From Antedon mediterranea (lineage: Eukaryota > Animalia > Echinodermata): a DNA stretch of 64,000 bases. The notes below the pieces were generated by a model. It saw only the letters and a program-made list of their open reading frames with translations. It searched no databases and had not been told where the DNA came from. The DNA lies in contig NC_092680.1 of assembly GCF_964355755.1 (NCBI RefSeq), forward strand, positions 17,803,045 through 17,867,044. The letters run 5' to 3'. Position 1 is the stretch's first letter. Every line of letters begins with the position of its first letter. Positions 1 through 28,186 of this stretch are shown here, in pieces. The translations under genes and the position numbers were made by a program.

Positions 1-816
1 GTTCTTTTTATTTTAACCTTCATAAAAAATCTGACTGAAATATAAGGTTAAATTTTTTTAAAATGAGATCAGAAAAGTGATATTCATAAAAATAAAGACA
101 TTTAAAAAAAATATTATAATTTTAACCACAAAAATGGATGCAATTTAATTTAAACTACAGAGTAGTAAATTTTCAAGCTAGTGCATATATATAAAAAACA
201 ACAGCATCAACAATATCATGCACAGATTGCTAATATTATTAGGTAAGTAGGAACTACATTACCGATGGGATTAAGCGCTCATCGTCTAAATTTTTATTTT
301 TACTCTGCCGTCTTGCAAGATATTTATTCCTTTAGGTTTTACAGTCCAAAATTTACTTTGCCCTAGAAACTTGTCACAGATAATTTCATTTGGAAATCCG
401 TAATGCTTCATTTCCAATTTCTGTTAATACTGGCTAATTGAAGATAGAGTAACAAGAGGGAACTAAAATAAAGCACTGGATTAAGAGAGAGAAAGGTGGT
501 CTTAAGTTAATAAGGTTATTCATATATATGGAAATTTTATATAAATTAAGCATGATGAGCTGAGAAAAGACAAACAAAAAACACAAAAAAATTTAAAAAA
601 GAAATCATTTAGTTCAGTATAGAAATAATGAAAGTGAAATCGATATAGGCTCGTCTATTCAATGAGCGCTCAAAAAGTCTGACCTATGCAACCTTCATTC
701 TTAAAAATATTCTCTCCGTTCCATGAATATAACACATTCATTGAATTAATAGGTTTTGAATAATCACAAATCTGACAAATAAAAACTCATATTGTGTCTG
801 GTATGGCACTTTCTGA

Positions 817-900
817 AGCTCTGTTTACACTATGACTATCAGTTTGACAAAAAGTGTGATGTGGCCTAATATGGTAGTGATATGACATCATCAAAATGCA
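817..900. mobile_element. MITE family A, partial
   Basis: Left TIR agctctgtttacacta plus the gtgtgatgt..aatatggtagtgatatgacatcatc core. Confidence 0.7.
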
Positions 901-1028
901 CAATATATAGTATTTACACTGTAGTCCAGTCCACATTAAAAAATAGTATAAAATGATTTATATATCATATAATACAGAAATCTATGTGTATTTTTTTGTC
1001 ACAAAATTTGTTGCTAGATGAAGTCTAA

Positions 1029-1169
1029 AGCTCTGTCTACACTATCAAACTATTTTGACAAAAAAAGTGTGATGTGCTCAAATATGGTAGTGATATGACT
1101 TCATCGTGTCCATATATGGGCACATCACATTTTGTTATCACATAACGTTTGATAGTGTAGACAGAGGCT
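1029..1169. mobile_element. MITE family A
   Basis: Both TIRs and the core are present. Confidence 0.85.
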
Positions 1170-2246
1170 TTAGGAAAGCGTAATAAAAACACGAGCAAAA
1201 AATTTAAATAATAAACCAACTGAATGCATAAATATGCATGCCGAGAGCTTGTAAGCAATACTGAATACAAAATAAGTTTTGCAAAATAAGAAATGCCATA
1301 AAAATGCATTGCAACATAAGTTTACTACTGGTGTGTAAGATGAGACAAATGGCGGTTGGATTCTTGTGCAGGAACTTCAATGATATCGACGTTGGCTTTA
1401 GGAACTGACAAAGAAATGACACAGAATTAAAAAAGATCTTTTTGTTTTACTGTAATTTTGTTTCTGCATAACATACAGTACATATGTTCCTGATCACAAA
1501 TTTGAATTTTATCATTTGCTAAAACTTCAATATTCTCAGGTGTATGTTAACATTGTATTTTGTTGTTGTGTTGCTCAATATTTAAATGATCTATTTCAAA
1601 TTTATTCTAACATTGATATTTTTTTGTTGAATTGTTAATATGCAGTTTTTAATTGTTTCAATATAATAGTTATTATGTAAATCATATTTTATTATTGTAA
1701 TTTTTTATGGCGATGCTGTATTGGTGTTTTTGACGCATTGTTGGGTCTTGAATGAATAAATAAAATTAAACTGATTGAACATGTACCCAGTCCAATTTGG
1801 TTTTCATTAATAGTAATTAACCGTAATAAAACTCTGGCTAAACTTCAATTCCACTATATTTCGGAATGATAAATAGCATGTTAAAAATAGCTTTATATCT
1901 GTAAATTCTACTACAGTATATGTAGGTAAATAATACTGCATTGTATCAGTAATATGAAAATACAAATATGCATAAACATCAGTTGACATGGCTTGAACTG
2001 GAGGACATGTAGATGATTAAACATATCGAAACAAGTTGAACAACCTGCCTACAGAATATTGTTTATTATCAAAAATCTCCAGGAGATGATTTGATAGAGT
2101 ATCCAAGTCAAACTATGAAAAACAGACACTTTACAGTCTTTAGTTCAACGGCTCTTTTCTAAAATTATGTGTAGTTGGAAATATCACTGATAAAAGAGTT
2201 TGATGAGATTAATTAATGAGAAATAACATATTTTGTAGTGTAAATC

Positions 2247-2461
2247 TCAGTCTACACTATCAAACGTTATGTGACAACAAATGTGATGTGCCCATATATG
2301 GATGGATGTCATATCACTACCACATTTGGGCATATAGCTACCACATTTGGGCATATAACTACCATATTTGGGCATATAACTACCATATTTGGGCATATAA
2401 CTACCATATTTGGGCATATCACTACCATATTTGGGCACATCACACTTTTTTATAGTGAGCT
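2247..2461. mobile_element. MITE family A with expanded internal 21-nt minisatellite (about 5-6 units)
   Basis: TIR ctcagtctacactatcaaac followed by tandem actaccatatttgggcatata units. This explains the MPKYGSY and YHIWAY repeat ORFs. Confidence 0.85.
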
Positions 2462-2797
2462 GTATGACTGAATTTCAGTTTTTGGCAACAATTATTATTG
2501 CCAAGTTATAGTTATTGTTTTCAAAGCTTCACATTTTTCTTGTTATTAATATTTCACTATTGTTATTAAAGAACAAGATATATCATACTGATTGGAAATT
2601 GTAGACATTAATTGATGAGGACAAAACAAGGTGATCAATCAATGTAGATGGACAAAGCTAAGTACTAACAGAGAGATATTATAGTAAACATATCTATAAA
2701 AGATATAAAGAAAGAAACCAGCATGTCAGGTTGATATGTTTTTATGCCAACTCTGCATAGGCCATTTAACTTATTTATTTATATAAAAAAAAAGATT

Positions 2798-2950
2798 CAG
2801 ATGAAGGGCTAGTGTTGCCCGAAAGCTCTGCTAACATTTCTGGCTGTTTTACTTTATCATTTTGATTTTGCTTCTCGCTTTTTTTTGTGTATCTCCATTG
2901 AGATCCAGCCACTGATACACCCAGTATTGTCATTTTTCAGTATTTTTCCT
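2798..2950 (+). mobile_element. Short dispersed repeat with minimal hammerhead-ribozyme motif (Penelope/retrozyme-like), copy 1
   Basis: cAGATGA-a-GGGC-tagtgtt-GCCC-GAAA-GC-TC followed by a body (ctggctgtttt...ctccattgagatccagcca.tgatac...attgtcatttt) shared with 4057-4157 and with 23567-23670 (minus). Confidence 0.6.
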
Positions 2951-3682
2951 TTGGATTTATAAAAAAAAGATTCAAATATAAAATGTTTCTTTAATTTATT
3001 CATGCTTTGTCTATTGTCTGAGTCCATAAATAGTTAGAGATTCATGACAAAACCACAACCTAGTCATATATTTAAAAAAAAGATAATTGGATTGCACACC
3101 AAGACATCATAATGATCAAACACATTATTTAATACGTTATATAGATAACCCAGAGAGATGTAATAAGCCGAAGGCTAGAGGGCATACTCTAGACGGAAAA
3201 GTAATTCCAACAGGAGGGGGAACCAACAAGATGGCGGCCGTAAATGTGTTCAAAAACATTATTTAATATAAAAAATAATAATCTAATATAATACATATTC
3301 TTGTCATAAGTACAGTGAAATTTTTATAAAATAAAATATATTGTTAATCGCAATGGAATGAATAATTTCTTGGTAATCGTTGCATATCGTATATGCAGAT
3401 AGGCTCAACACAGGCGTAGTAGTCCGACTGCGTAGGGCATATCTGATTGCTCGATTGCAGCCTTCGGCTATATAATATCATTGGGATAACCTAACATTTT
3501 TAGCTTTAGGAGTTTTTAGGGAACATGGTCTGTATAGTTACACCTATATTTCTTAAATCAATGACTGGGACTATGAATGAATAAATAAACGAATGACTGT
3601 ACAATATATAAAAGAATGAATGACCAACATATGAATAAATGACCAACATATGAATGAATAAATGTATCATGTATAAACTCAC

Positions 3683-20694
<17,012 letters not shown>

Positions 20695-20849
20695 TAGACT
20701 AGACCTAACTAGGTAACTGGTATTTAAAAAAACAACATAGGGCCTAATTAACATACTGTTGTTATTAATAATATATAAATATTATGGCAACACCTAGCTA
20801 GGCTAGGCCTAGATAGATAATCACTTTAATAATTTAAACGTAATCAAAT

Positions 20850-21083
20850 AACCAAGAAAAATTAAATTAAAGAAACCTAGATGGAACTCAACTAAACGGA
20901 ATAATTTTTTTGATACTAGAGTAATTAACAAGTGGAACTCGCTGCCCAAATCCGTTGTCAATAGCAAGAGTGTAAATTCATTCAAAAACAAACTTGACAA
21001 ATACACACATATGACTCATGAGAGAAGAGGCTCCCTACGAGTTTAAAAACTCATTGCCTCTTAACTTTACTAAAGGTAAGTAA
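20850..21083 (+). mobile_element. CR1-type LINE 3' end fragment
   Basis: The frame reads KIKLKKPRWNSTKRNNFFDTRVINKWNSLPKSVVNSKSVNSFKNKLDKY, the characteristic C-terminus of CR1 ORF2 (FF..RV.N.WNSLP..VV...S...FK..LD). It lies in a BLM 5'UTR intron. Confidence 0.8.
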
Positions 21084-21489
21084 CCTTGCTTACAAAAACG
21101 TTTCTACCATTATTTAATATTGAATTGTAGGGTATAATACTAGCCTAATAGTAGTCTGTAGGCTCAATCAATCACATCACACAGACCAAAATGTACTTAC
21201 AACAACTTCTCTGCTGCTGCTGATTGAAGCACACTGTCTTGTTTGTTGACAGGCCTAAGTACACTACATCTACACTACACTATTCCTCGGTTCACCCACC
21301 TCTCTCTGCTCTGGCCTATAACACTCGATCACTCGTGTAGCACTAGCAATCTAGTTTGTACAATTCACACAAATTCCTAAGGAATTGATCAATTAAATAC
21401 TCATTTAAAAGGTGCTTAAAACTGAGTTCAAATGTGACGTGATATTCATATAAAAATTCACAAATATAAATACACTAAAAAACATAATT

Positions 21490-21724
21490 TACCAGATTAA
21501 AAAGCATAAAAATTTGTAATTCGCGGTAGGTTTGTTTTCTAGATCATTGACGATTGATCGTGCGCAGAAATCTGACAGTAATTAAGGACACACCCCCTCT
21601 ATCGCTGTGAGTATTAGCGCCCTCTTTTCTAACAAAGCACACACACCACGTGGTACATACACATGGCTTTGTTACGTTTTTGACGATTAAAGGTCATAGG
21701 TAAACTTCGCTTTCCCACAAACCC
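21490..21724. promoter_or_regulatory. Probable bidirectional promoter shared by BLM and RPL36
   Basis: The genes are divergent. Candidate BLM 5'UTR donors lie on the minus strand near 21492 and 21200. The interval is locally CpG-richer and has a palindromic E-box CCACGTGG (21646-21653) and a CTCF-like TAGCGCCCTCT (21615-21625). Confidence 0.6.
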
Positions 21725-21761
21725 TCTTTTCTTCCTGTTATCCGAAATAGAACGGGAGGAG
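21724..21761 (+). promoter_or_regulatory. RPL36: RPL36 non-coding first exon with TCT initiator / 5'TOP tract
   Basis: ctcttttcttcctg pyrimidine tract followed after about 38 nt by the donor gag|gtatgt at 21762. This layout is typical of ribosomal protein genes, and it would splice to the acceptor ttttag|ccATG at 22724. Confidence 0.75.
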
Positions 21762-22725
21762 GTATGTATAATATATAATTTAAATCATGAATTTGTCAAG
21801 AAATCATTCTGTTTTATAAACTTTGATTAATATGGTAAAAAGAATATATATCCAATTGTTATCCAATACAATTATTTTTTTACAAGTAGTAGTATTACTC
21901 TTGTTTATAGTACTGTCAAATTCCTTGAACTGGTTAAGGCTTAGCCAAGCTAGGCATAGGCTCTACCTACAGCTTAGAAGGCTTAGGCCTAGGCCTATAC
22001 AAACTATGGCGAAAATCTCTTCTCTCTTGAGCTAGGTTCAAGTCACAGCAACATTAATCAGTGGCTGAGCCTAGCTAGGCCTAGCCCTGAATACCCGAAC
22101 TAGCTAGGCCTACCTAGGCTAGAGGTTAGTTGGAAAGTAAAGTGCATAGCCTAGTAGCTAGATAGCCATAGGCTATTACTATATTAGGCTAGGCCTACTA
22201 GTTTAGTTAGTTTTAGTCATTCCCCTCCTCCTGGCACGGATAAAGATGATCTGGTCGAATCCAAGCCTAGCTAGCTAGTTTTAGGCTAGGCCTATCTATA
22301 ATACAGAGAGAGGCAAATTTGAGTCTTGAGTATGTGGAACTGCGTTGGGCATGGTCTCAATCGTCTCATTTTAACATTATTAGAGATTATAGCTAGGCCT
22401 ACTAGCGGACTCGGCCTAGCTATGCACTAGTTACGATTCTTCCATTTGTTTTGGCCTTCACGATCGAAATCTGTGAAAATGAAAATATCAATCTGTGCGC
22501 AATGCATGCTGGGATTTATAGCAGGCTGCTTAATTTTAATTTAATATTAGTATTACTGTAATGTAGAATCAAGGACCATATAGTATTTATTTTTACATTA
22601 AATGTAGTTTGTGACTTTAAATTAAAACTAAAAACGTTGGGAATGGTGCTTTAAACCTAAACTGCATATAATTTGATACAGTACTTTATTATTTTAAAAC
22701 CAATGAGTCTTGTTAATTTTTAGCC

Positions 22726-23813
22726 ATGGCTGTCAGACATGACATGTGTGTAGGACTTAATAAAGGACACAAGACAACTAAGAATGTTAATTCTCGAAAA
22801 GGTGTCAAAAAAGGAGTAAGTATAATACGCATTAGTTTCATTAAATAAGTCCTGAATAAGTGAATAATTATACGCTGTAACTAAAGATACGGTACCGTAT
22901 CCTAACTTCTGTTTGCTAAAGGTACAGTAAAATTGCATTCCTAAATATAAAACTCGTTCCTAAATCTAATTTAAGGTCTAATTTTCTGTAAATGGACATT
23001 AAATAAGGAGGAATTGGGCATCTTTTGTACCTAAGAAAAGTCTGGTTTTGGGAGGCTGGGATAGTAATTGTTAGCTTTATTCACCAAATTGTGTATTTTG
23101 CTTATTTGCAGAATCCCCGAAAGCATGTAAAGTTTGTGCGAGACTTGATTCGTGAGGTTGTTGGATTTGCACCATACGAGAAGCGTTGTATGGAGTTGTT
23201 GAGGATTAGTAAGGACAAACGTGCCTTGAAATTTTGCAAAAAGAGGGTAAGCTGTTATGCTATCAGGGAAACTTTGTATTGAATAATTTTCAAATGGGAT
23301 GAAAACAGATGAGTTAAGATATAACGAACATCGTTTTTGAAAACAAATTTTGACAATGAATTTCCATTGATTATATAAAAAAAACTCAAGCATTGTACTG
23401 TATATCAAAATGTTGGCGTATGGGTACAGTAAGAGAACATTCCCATAATGCATTGTGTAATACAGTTCAGTTCGGGAATTGGTAATAGGCACCATCCTAA
23501 ATTAAAAATGTTTTTCCCATCATGTTGATAATTGTATATTAATGATATAAATTCAAAGGCAAATTTCTGAGAAAATGACAATGCTGTTGGTATCGGTGGC
23601 TGGATCTCAATGGAGATACAAAATAAAATGAGCAACAAGCTAAAGTAAAACAGCCCTTCATCAGTGCAAGTGAGAGTAATAATATAATATACATCATTTA
23701 ATTTCTTCCAGTTGGGCAGTTTAGTACGTGGAAGAAGAAAACGAGAAGAAATCCAAGGAGTGCTAGCAGCACAGAGGAAAGCACAACAGGCAAAGGGAGG
23801 AGATGCCAAATAA
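22726..23813 (+). CDS. RPL36: 60S ribosomal protein L36 (eL36), 108 aa, three coding exons
   Basis: Exons 22726-22815 ([30 protein letters not shown]), 23112-23246 ([45 protein letters not shown]) and 23712-23813 ([33 protein letters not shown]). All introns are GT-AG, phase 0. Confidence 0.97.
23567..23670 (-). mobile_element. Second copy of the hammerhead-bearing repeat, in RPL36 intron 3 (antisense)
   Basis: The reverse complement reads gcaCTGATGAagggct|gttttacttt...gtatctccattgagatccagccaccgataccaacagcattgtcattttctcag. Relative to copy 1 it has an internal deletion between two GGCT microhomologies. Confidence 0.6.
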
Positions 23814-24025
23814 ATTGTTTTTGAACATTACTGGAACATTCTATAACAACAACTATAAACTTTGACACCATGTCAAGAAGTTTAATACTACAAACCTGTG
23901 TAAATCTGTCGCCATACTATTGATAACTGATAATTAAATATAAGAAAAATATCGATTGTGTTGTTTCCACCAATTTATTGTATATTTTTTGTGGAATTAT
24001 TAATTAAGTGTATAGTACTTGCTTT

Positions 24026-24434
24026 GTGGATAGCCGAGTTGTTAGGACACTTGACTGTCGTATAGATAGACCCGGGTTCAATGCCCGACAACTCCCAGTC
24101 CACTCAGCTGTAAATGAGTACCTGGTTGAAAATACTAGGGAGAAAAAAGGCGGCGTGGAAAGGAACTGGCCACCCTACCACATAATGCCGAGGCTTAGTA
24201 CAATGAGCTCCTAACAGCTCATTCCCCTACGTTCTACCACATAATGCCAAGGCTTAGTACAATGAGCTCCTAACAGCTCATTCCCCTACGTTCTACCACA
24301 TAATGCCGAGGCTTAGTACAATGAGCTCCTAACAGCTCATTCCCCTACGTTCTACCACATAATGCCGAGGCTTAGTACAATGAGCTCCTAACAGCTCATT
24401 CCCCTACGTTCAGCGAACACGGGACTCACCTTTA
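24026..24434 (+). mobile_element. tRNA-derived SINE with internal 4x59-nt tandem amplification
   Basis: Head TAGCCGAGTTGTTAGG..GGTTCAATGCC; core agtccactcagctgtaaatgagtacc. A 59-nt unit repeats over 24175-24410. A headless single-unit copy lies at 19532-19705. Confidence 0.8.
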
Positions 24435-25804
24435 CGTGCTTTGTATGTATGTATGTTTGCGCGATAGCACCTACAATTTTCAATTATGAATTTTTGGTGT
24501 AAATAGGTATATACCTACTTACAGAACATCGGTTCATTAAATAACTTTAAAATTAACGGAAAAGAAAAATGTGTATTCTTTTAACATGGGCCGAAATATC
24601 AACATGAGCATGAGTACTTAAATATTGGAGGTCACAAAATAAATACTAAACATAAAAATAAAAAATTTAAATTCAAGTTGCTTAAAGGGGCTCTGAACTA
24701 AATTTTTACTCGCATTTTATTATTGAGAGGTGAAAATTGCCATGCAAGGACAAAGCTCTCAAACCTGGTACAGTAGTTGGTTATCTAATTACACAATGTA
24801 AATGGCAAGTTACCAATGGACCAATTAACATGAAAAATTAAATAACTATACCATATAATAATATATATAACCGTAAACCAGCGGCGCTATAAACAAGAAC
24901 ATCTGTTTAGCCCAACTTAAAATTGTTGTTTTATTGGAAAAAATACTGAAACTGATAAATAAAAAGTAAAAGTGTGTTTAACTCCGTGACATCACGCTGT
25001 GATAATTCAGACATCCAAACAAAAACTAAATGAAAGGTGTTTGTGATGTTCTATTCTTCTAGTTTGTATTGTTTTGCTTTGTGGCATCACCAATGATTGT
25101 TCTCTTTTTACACAGAGTTAGAGAGAATTTCCTTTATAAATCAACTACTGCACAGATGAAAAAAAAAGAAACAATTCCATTATTATTGTTTATTATATCA
25201 GTGAAAAAATAGAAAGTAATATCATAACATGTTCTTGCTTGATAATATTATAGTATTTCTAATCTAAAAGAAACCTGACCAGTAATTGTTCATAACTCAT
25301 TTTGTACAAATTATCAGATATTTCAAAGTGATTGGAATAATACATACAGTAAATACTCTAAAAATGCATTGAAAATTGTATCAACTTCACACATAGCATA
25401 GAAAAGATTGCAAAATATGTTTTTCAACACATTCTAAAATAGCTAAATTTTTTAGAAAAGATTTCAAGATAATGTTACAGATCTTACAATAGCTATATCC
25501 ACTACTTTAATTCATATACTATATAATGTTTAAAATTATTGTAGAAAATGTGTTTATATAAAGAAACGTGTATATACCTTTCAAGCAATTTAATTAGTTA
25601 ATATTTACATAGTACAAAACAGGACTTTAGAAAGTGCCCAACATGCTATGCAGCCTAAAATGAATATATTTTTATAGCATAACTCGGTAAAATGTAGTTA
25701 ATACTGTACACTGAGAAAAAGATTCAAACGCCAATTTACTAATGTCTGTCCATACAGTATCTACTTATAGCATAACTCGGTAAAATTTTGTTTATACTGT
25801 ATAA

Positions 25805-25978
25805 AGAGGTTTTCACACTTGTACCGGCATGGTTTGGGTCCGGCGAATCAAACATCAATGTTTCGTTTTCATGACACTCTACACGGATATGCGCCAATCA
25901 ATATGTCAAAATATTGACATTCAATTGGATTTTCCACCGCCGGCCTGAAACCGTGCCGGAACAGGTGAGAAAGACCCT
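25805..25978. mobile_element. Harbinger-like MITE family C
   Basis: Imperfect TIRs of about 30 bp (agaggttttcacacttgtaccggcatggttt / aaaccgtgccggaacaggtgagaaagaccct) flanked by TAA on both sides. Confidence 0.75.
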
Positions 25979-26427
25979 TAAATCATATTCTGAGAAAAAG
26001 ATGTCTGTCGATACAGTATCTACTCAAACATTTGATTTCAAGACATTTTGAGGACATGTGTGGAGCACCAAAGTGGATGCATATGAAAACTATTATTTTT
26101 ACTTGCTCAAGAAGTGAGCATATACTCTGTGCAATTCAGCCTAGTAGGCTGTGAGTTACTGGTTACTCTCCACATCTATTCCTAACTTCTTGTATACAGT
26201 CCTAATAAGAGATACTTCGAATATAATTAAAGCACCCACTCAGATCTGTGCCCTTTAGCATTATTAGTTCCCTATTTAGGAGGACACTGAAAATAATGGT
26301 AAATAATTCACAAATAATATTACCTAACGGCGTAATATAAATCTTGTGCATTTTCCTTAGTAACAAAATAAACTAAGTTGTCTTTAAAATATAACTCAAC
26401 CATATATGTAGGTTCTAATCTGTTATT

Positions 26428-26546
26428 AGCTCTGTTTACACTATAGAACTAGTTTGAAAAAAAAAGTGTGGTGTGCCCAAATATGGTAGTGATAAACCCA
26501 AATATGGTAGTGATATGACATCATCATGTCTATATATGGGCACACT
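26428..26546. mobile_element. MITE family A, partial (2 internal units)
   Basis: Left TIR and core are present; the right TIR is missing. Confidence 0.75.
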
Positions 26547-27397
26547 TTTTTTTTTTTTGCTTCAGTTGCAAATCAAACACTCACTATTACAAGATAATTA
26601 AACAAATTATAAATGTAATTTTTGTGAATTCTTTTAAAATGTTTTTGATAATGAATTATTTTAGTAGATAAATAATACTGTATTCAATATTGTAGTGAAG
26701 TTCAAGATAATTTACTTATTTTATACCAATATATGAAATATAGTTCTATTATAATTGATACTATTTCTCCTTCTACTATAATTAAATGTTTTATACATCA
26801 TCAACGTAATCAGTAAATTATATACAATTCATAAACTTCTAAATTTTACAATCTTAAAAATATTGCACATTATAATTATAAAGCTTACATTAGACAAAAC
26901 TCAAGGAATTTGGTAAATGATAATAAAAAGTAACTCTTAACCCATTGGGAGTACAAAATGTAGAAAGTTGACTCATTGAATCAACACCATTAGTGTTTTA
27001 TTCTACAGAATTGACCAATAGCTGACATCATTGCCAAAAGAAATCTCAATCTAGAATTTTACTCTTCGGCCATAGCAACACAAGACACTAAAGCCTGTTT
27101 TCAACTAAGTCATTATTTTTTCGTGAAAATCCAATGTTCTTCCAGTGGCAAACAAAATATATATTTAAATATATAGATTATTTCATAAATCTTCATTTAT
27201 ATTTCATCCTAAACTAAAAATGTGTTCTTCTTTTCAAATTTTACGTTTTTTTTCTCCGATACCCTTCTTCAAATAAATGCAATGAAGATACAATAATAAT
27301 AAAAATAAATAATCAAATCAGAACATGCACTTTGCTGTTTTATGGGTGCTGTAATATTTTTAGCCACAAACACCTTTTAAGATAATATTGTTCCAAT

Positions 27398-27513
27398 CAG
27401 TGGTGTAATGCATGAAGCAAAGGGGAACTCCAATGCTGGGTAGTTGCATTGAACTGCTTATGCTCTGGGCCCCTAGGTTTAGCCAGTGAGCGCTCATAGC
27501 CGTTATGCCACTG
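27398..27513. mobile_element. hAT-type MITE family E
   Basis: TIR cagtggtgtaa / ttatgccactg; 8-bp TSD gttccaat / gtttcaat. Confidence 0.85.
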
Positions 27514-27882
27514 GTTTCAATATACCAACAAATTCTGACAAGCCCATCTCCCACTGACTGCAAGTCTCCACATAGTAAATATCTGAAGTATTGACACAGT
27601 GGTCTAACAGTGAGCTGTTTATATTGTCAATGAAATGTTTGTGTTCAAATCATACAACAACTGTATCAATAGCCAAAATAAAAAAAAATTCAATTTTACT
27701 TCCAGTTTAAATGCAAATACCCTAAGCAAATTAATAAATAATATTAATTAATAATAACATTAAAAACACAAACAGATATTGCACTGCCAAAAAAAACGTA
27801 TGGTTGAAAAAAAGGTGGTTAGCCATAGAAATGTTATGAATGTAAGTTAGATGTTTGCCTTTAATCTCACTGATAACACCTC

Positions 27883-28186
27883 AATAATAATAATAATATA
27901 GTTCATTCTTATATAGCGCATATAAGCAAGCTCTCAATGCGCTGAACATTATTACCCCATTTTTTGGATCAAACGCGTATGGAAACATACTCCCATAATG
28001 CAGCTAGTAATCAACACAAAGTTGTGTCTTGTTCTAACCGGGTTCCCATTTATAGACCTAGGTGAAAAGAGGCAAACGTAAGTAAAGTATCTTGCCTAAG
28101 GATGCAATGCAATGCGGCGAGAGTTGAATTCGAACCTCGATCTCACGATCAGTAGTCGAGCGTCCAACACACCGCGCCACACGCCC
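27883..28186 (-). mobile_element. tRNA-derived SINE (Deu/Nin-like core, L2-type tail)
   Basis: Minus strand head gggcgTGTGGCGCGGTGTGTTGG..GGTTCGAATTC (A/B boxes), core ttgcctc..cacc.aggt.tataaatggga.ccc, tail gcgcattgag..gcgctatataagaatgaac(tat)n. A highly similar copy lies at 55823-56142. Confidence 0.85.

Noticed and set aside
253-275. Minus-strand BLM microexon (DDERLIPS)
   Set aside because: The sequence upstream of the AG is A-rich with no polypyrimidine tract, and the peptide does not resemble HRDC.
2216-2471. Repeat-protein ORFs (MPKYGSY, YHIWAY) and a CRISPR-like appearance
   Set aside because: This is a 21-nt minisatellite inside MITE family A, with no unique spacers, in a eukaryotic context.
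23510-23576. Possible box C/D snoRNA in RPL36 intron 3 (atgttga...ctga with ttttc/gaaaa)
   Set aside because: The C box is mismatched, no rRNA antisense element is evident, and the ctga-gaaaa end belongs to the hammerhead-bearing repeat.
23031-23809. Antisense ORFs of 154 and 134 aa over RPL36
   Set aside because: They are shadow ORFs with intron-like composition and no recognisable domain.
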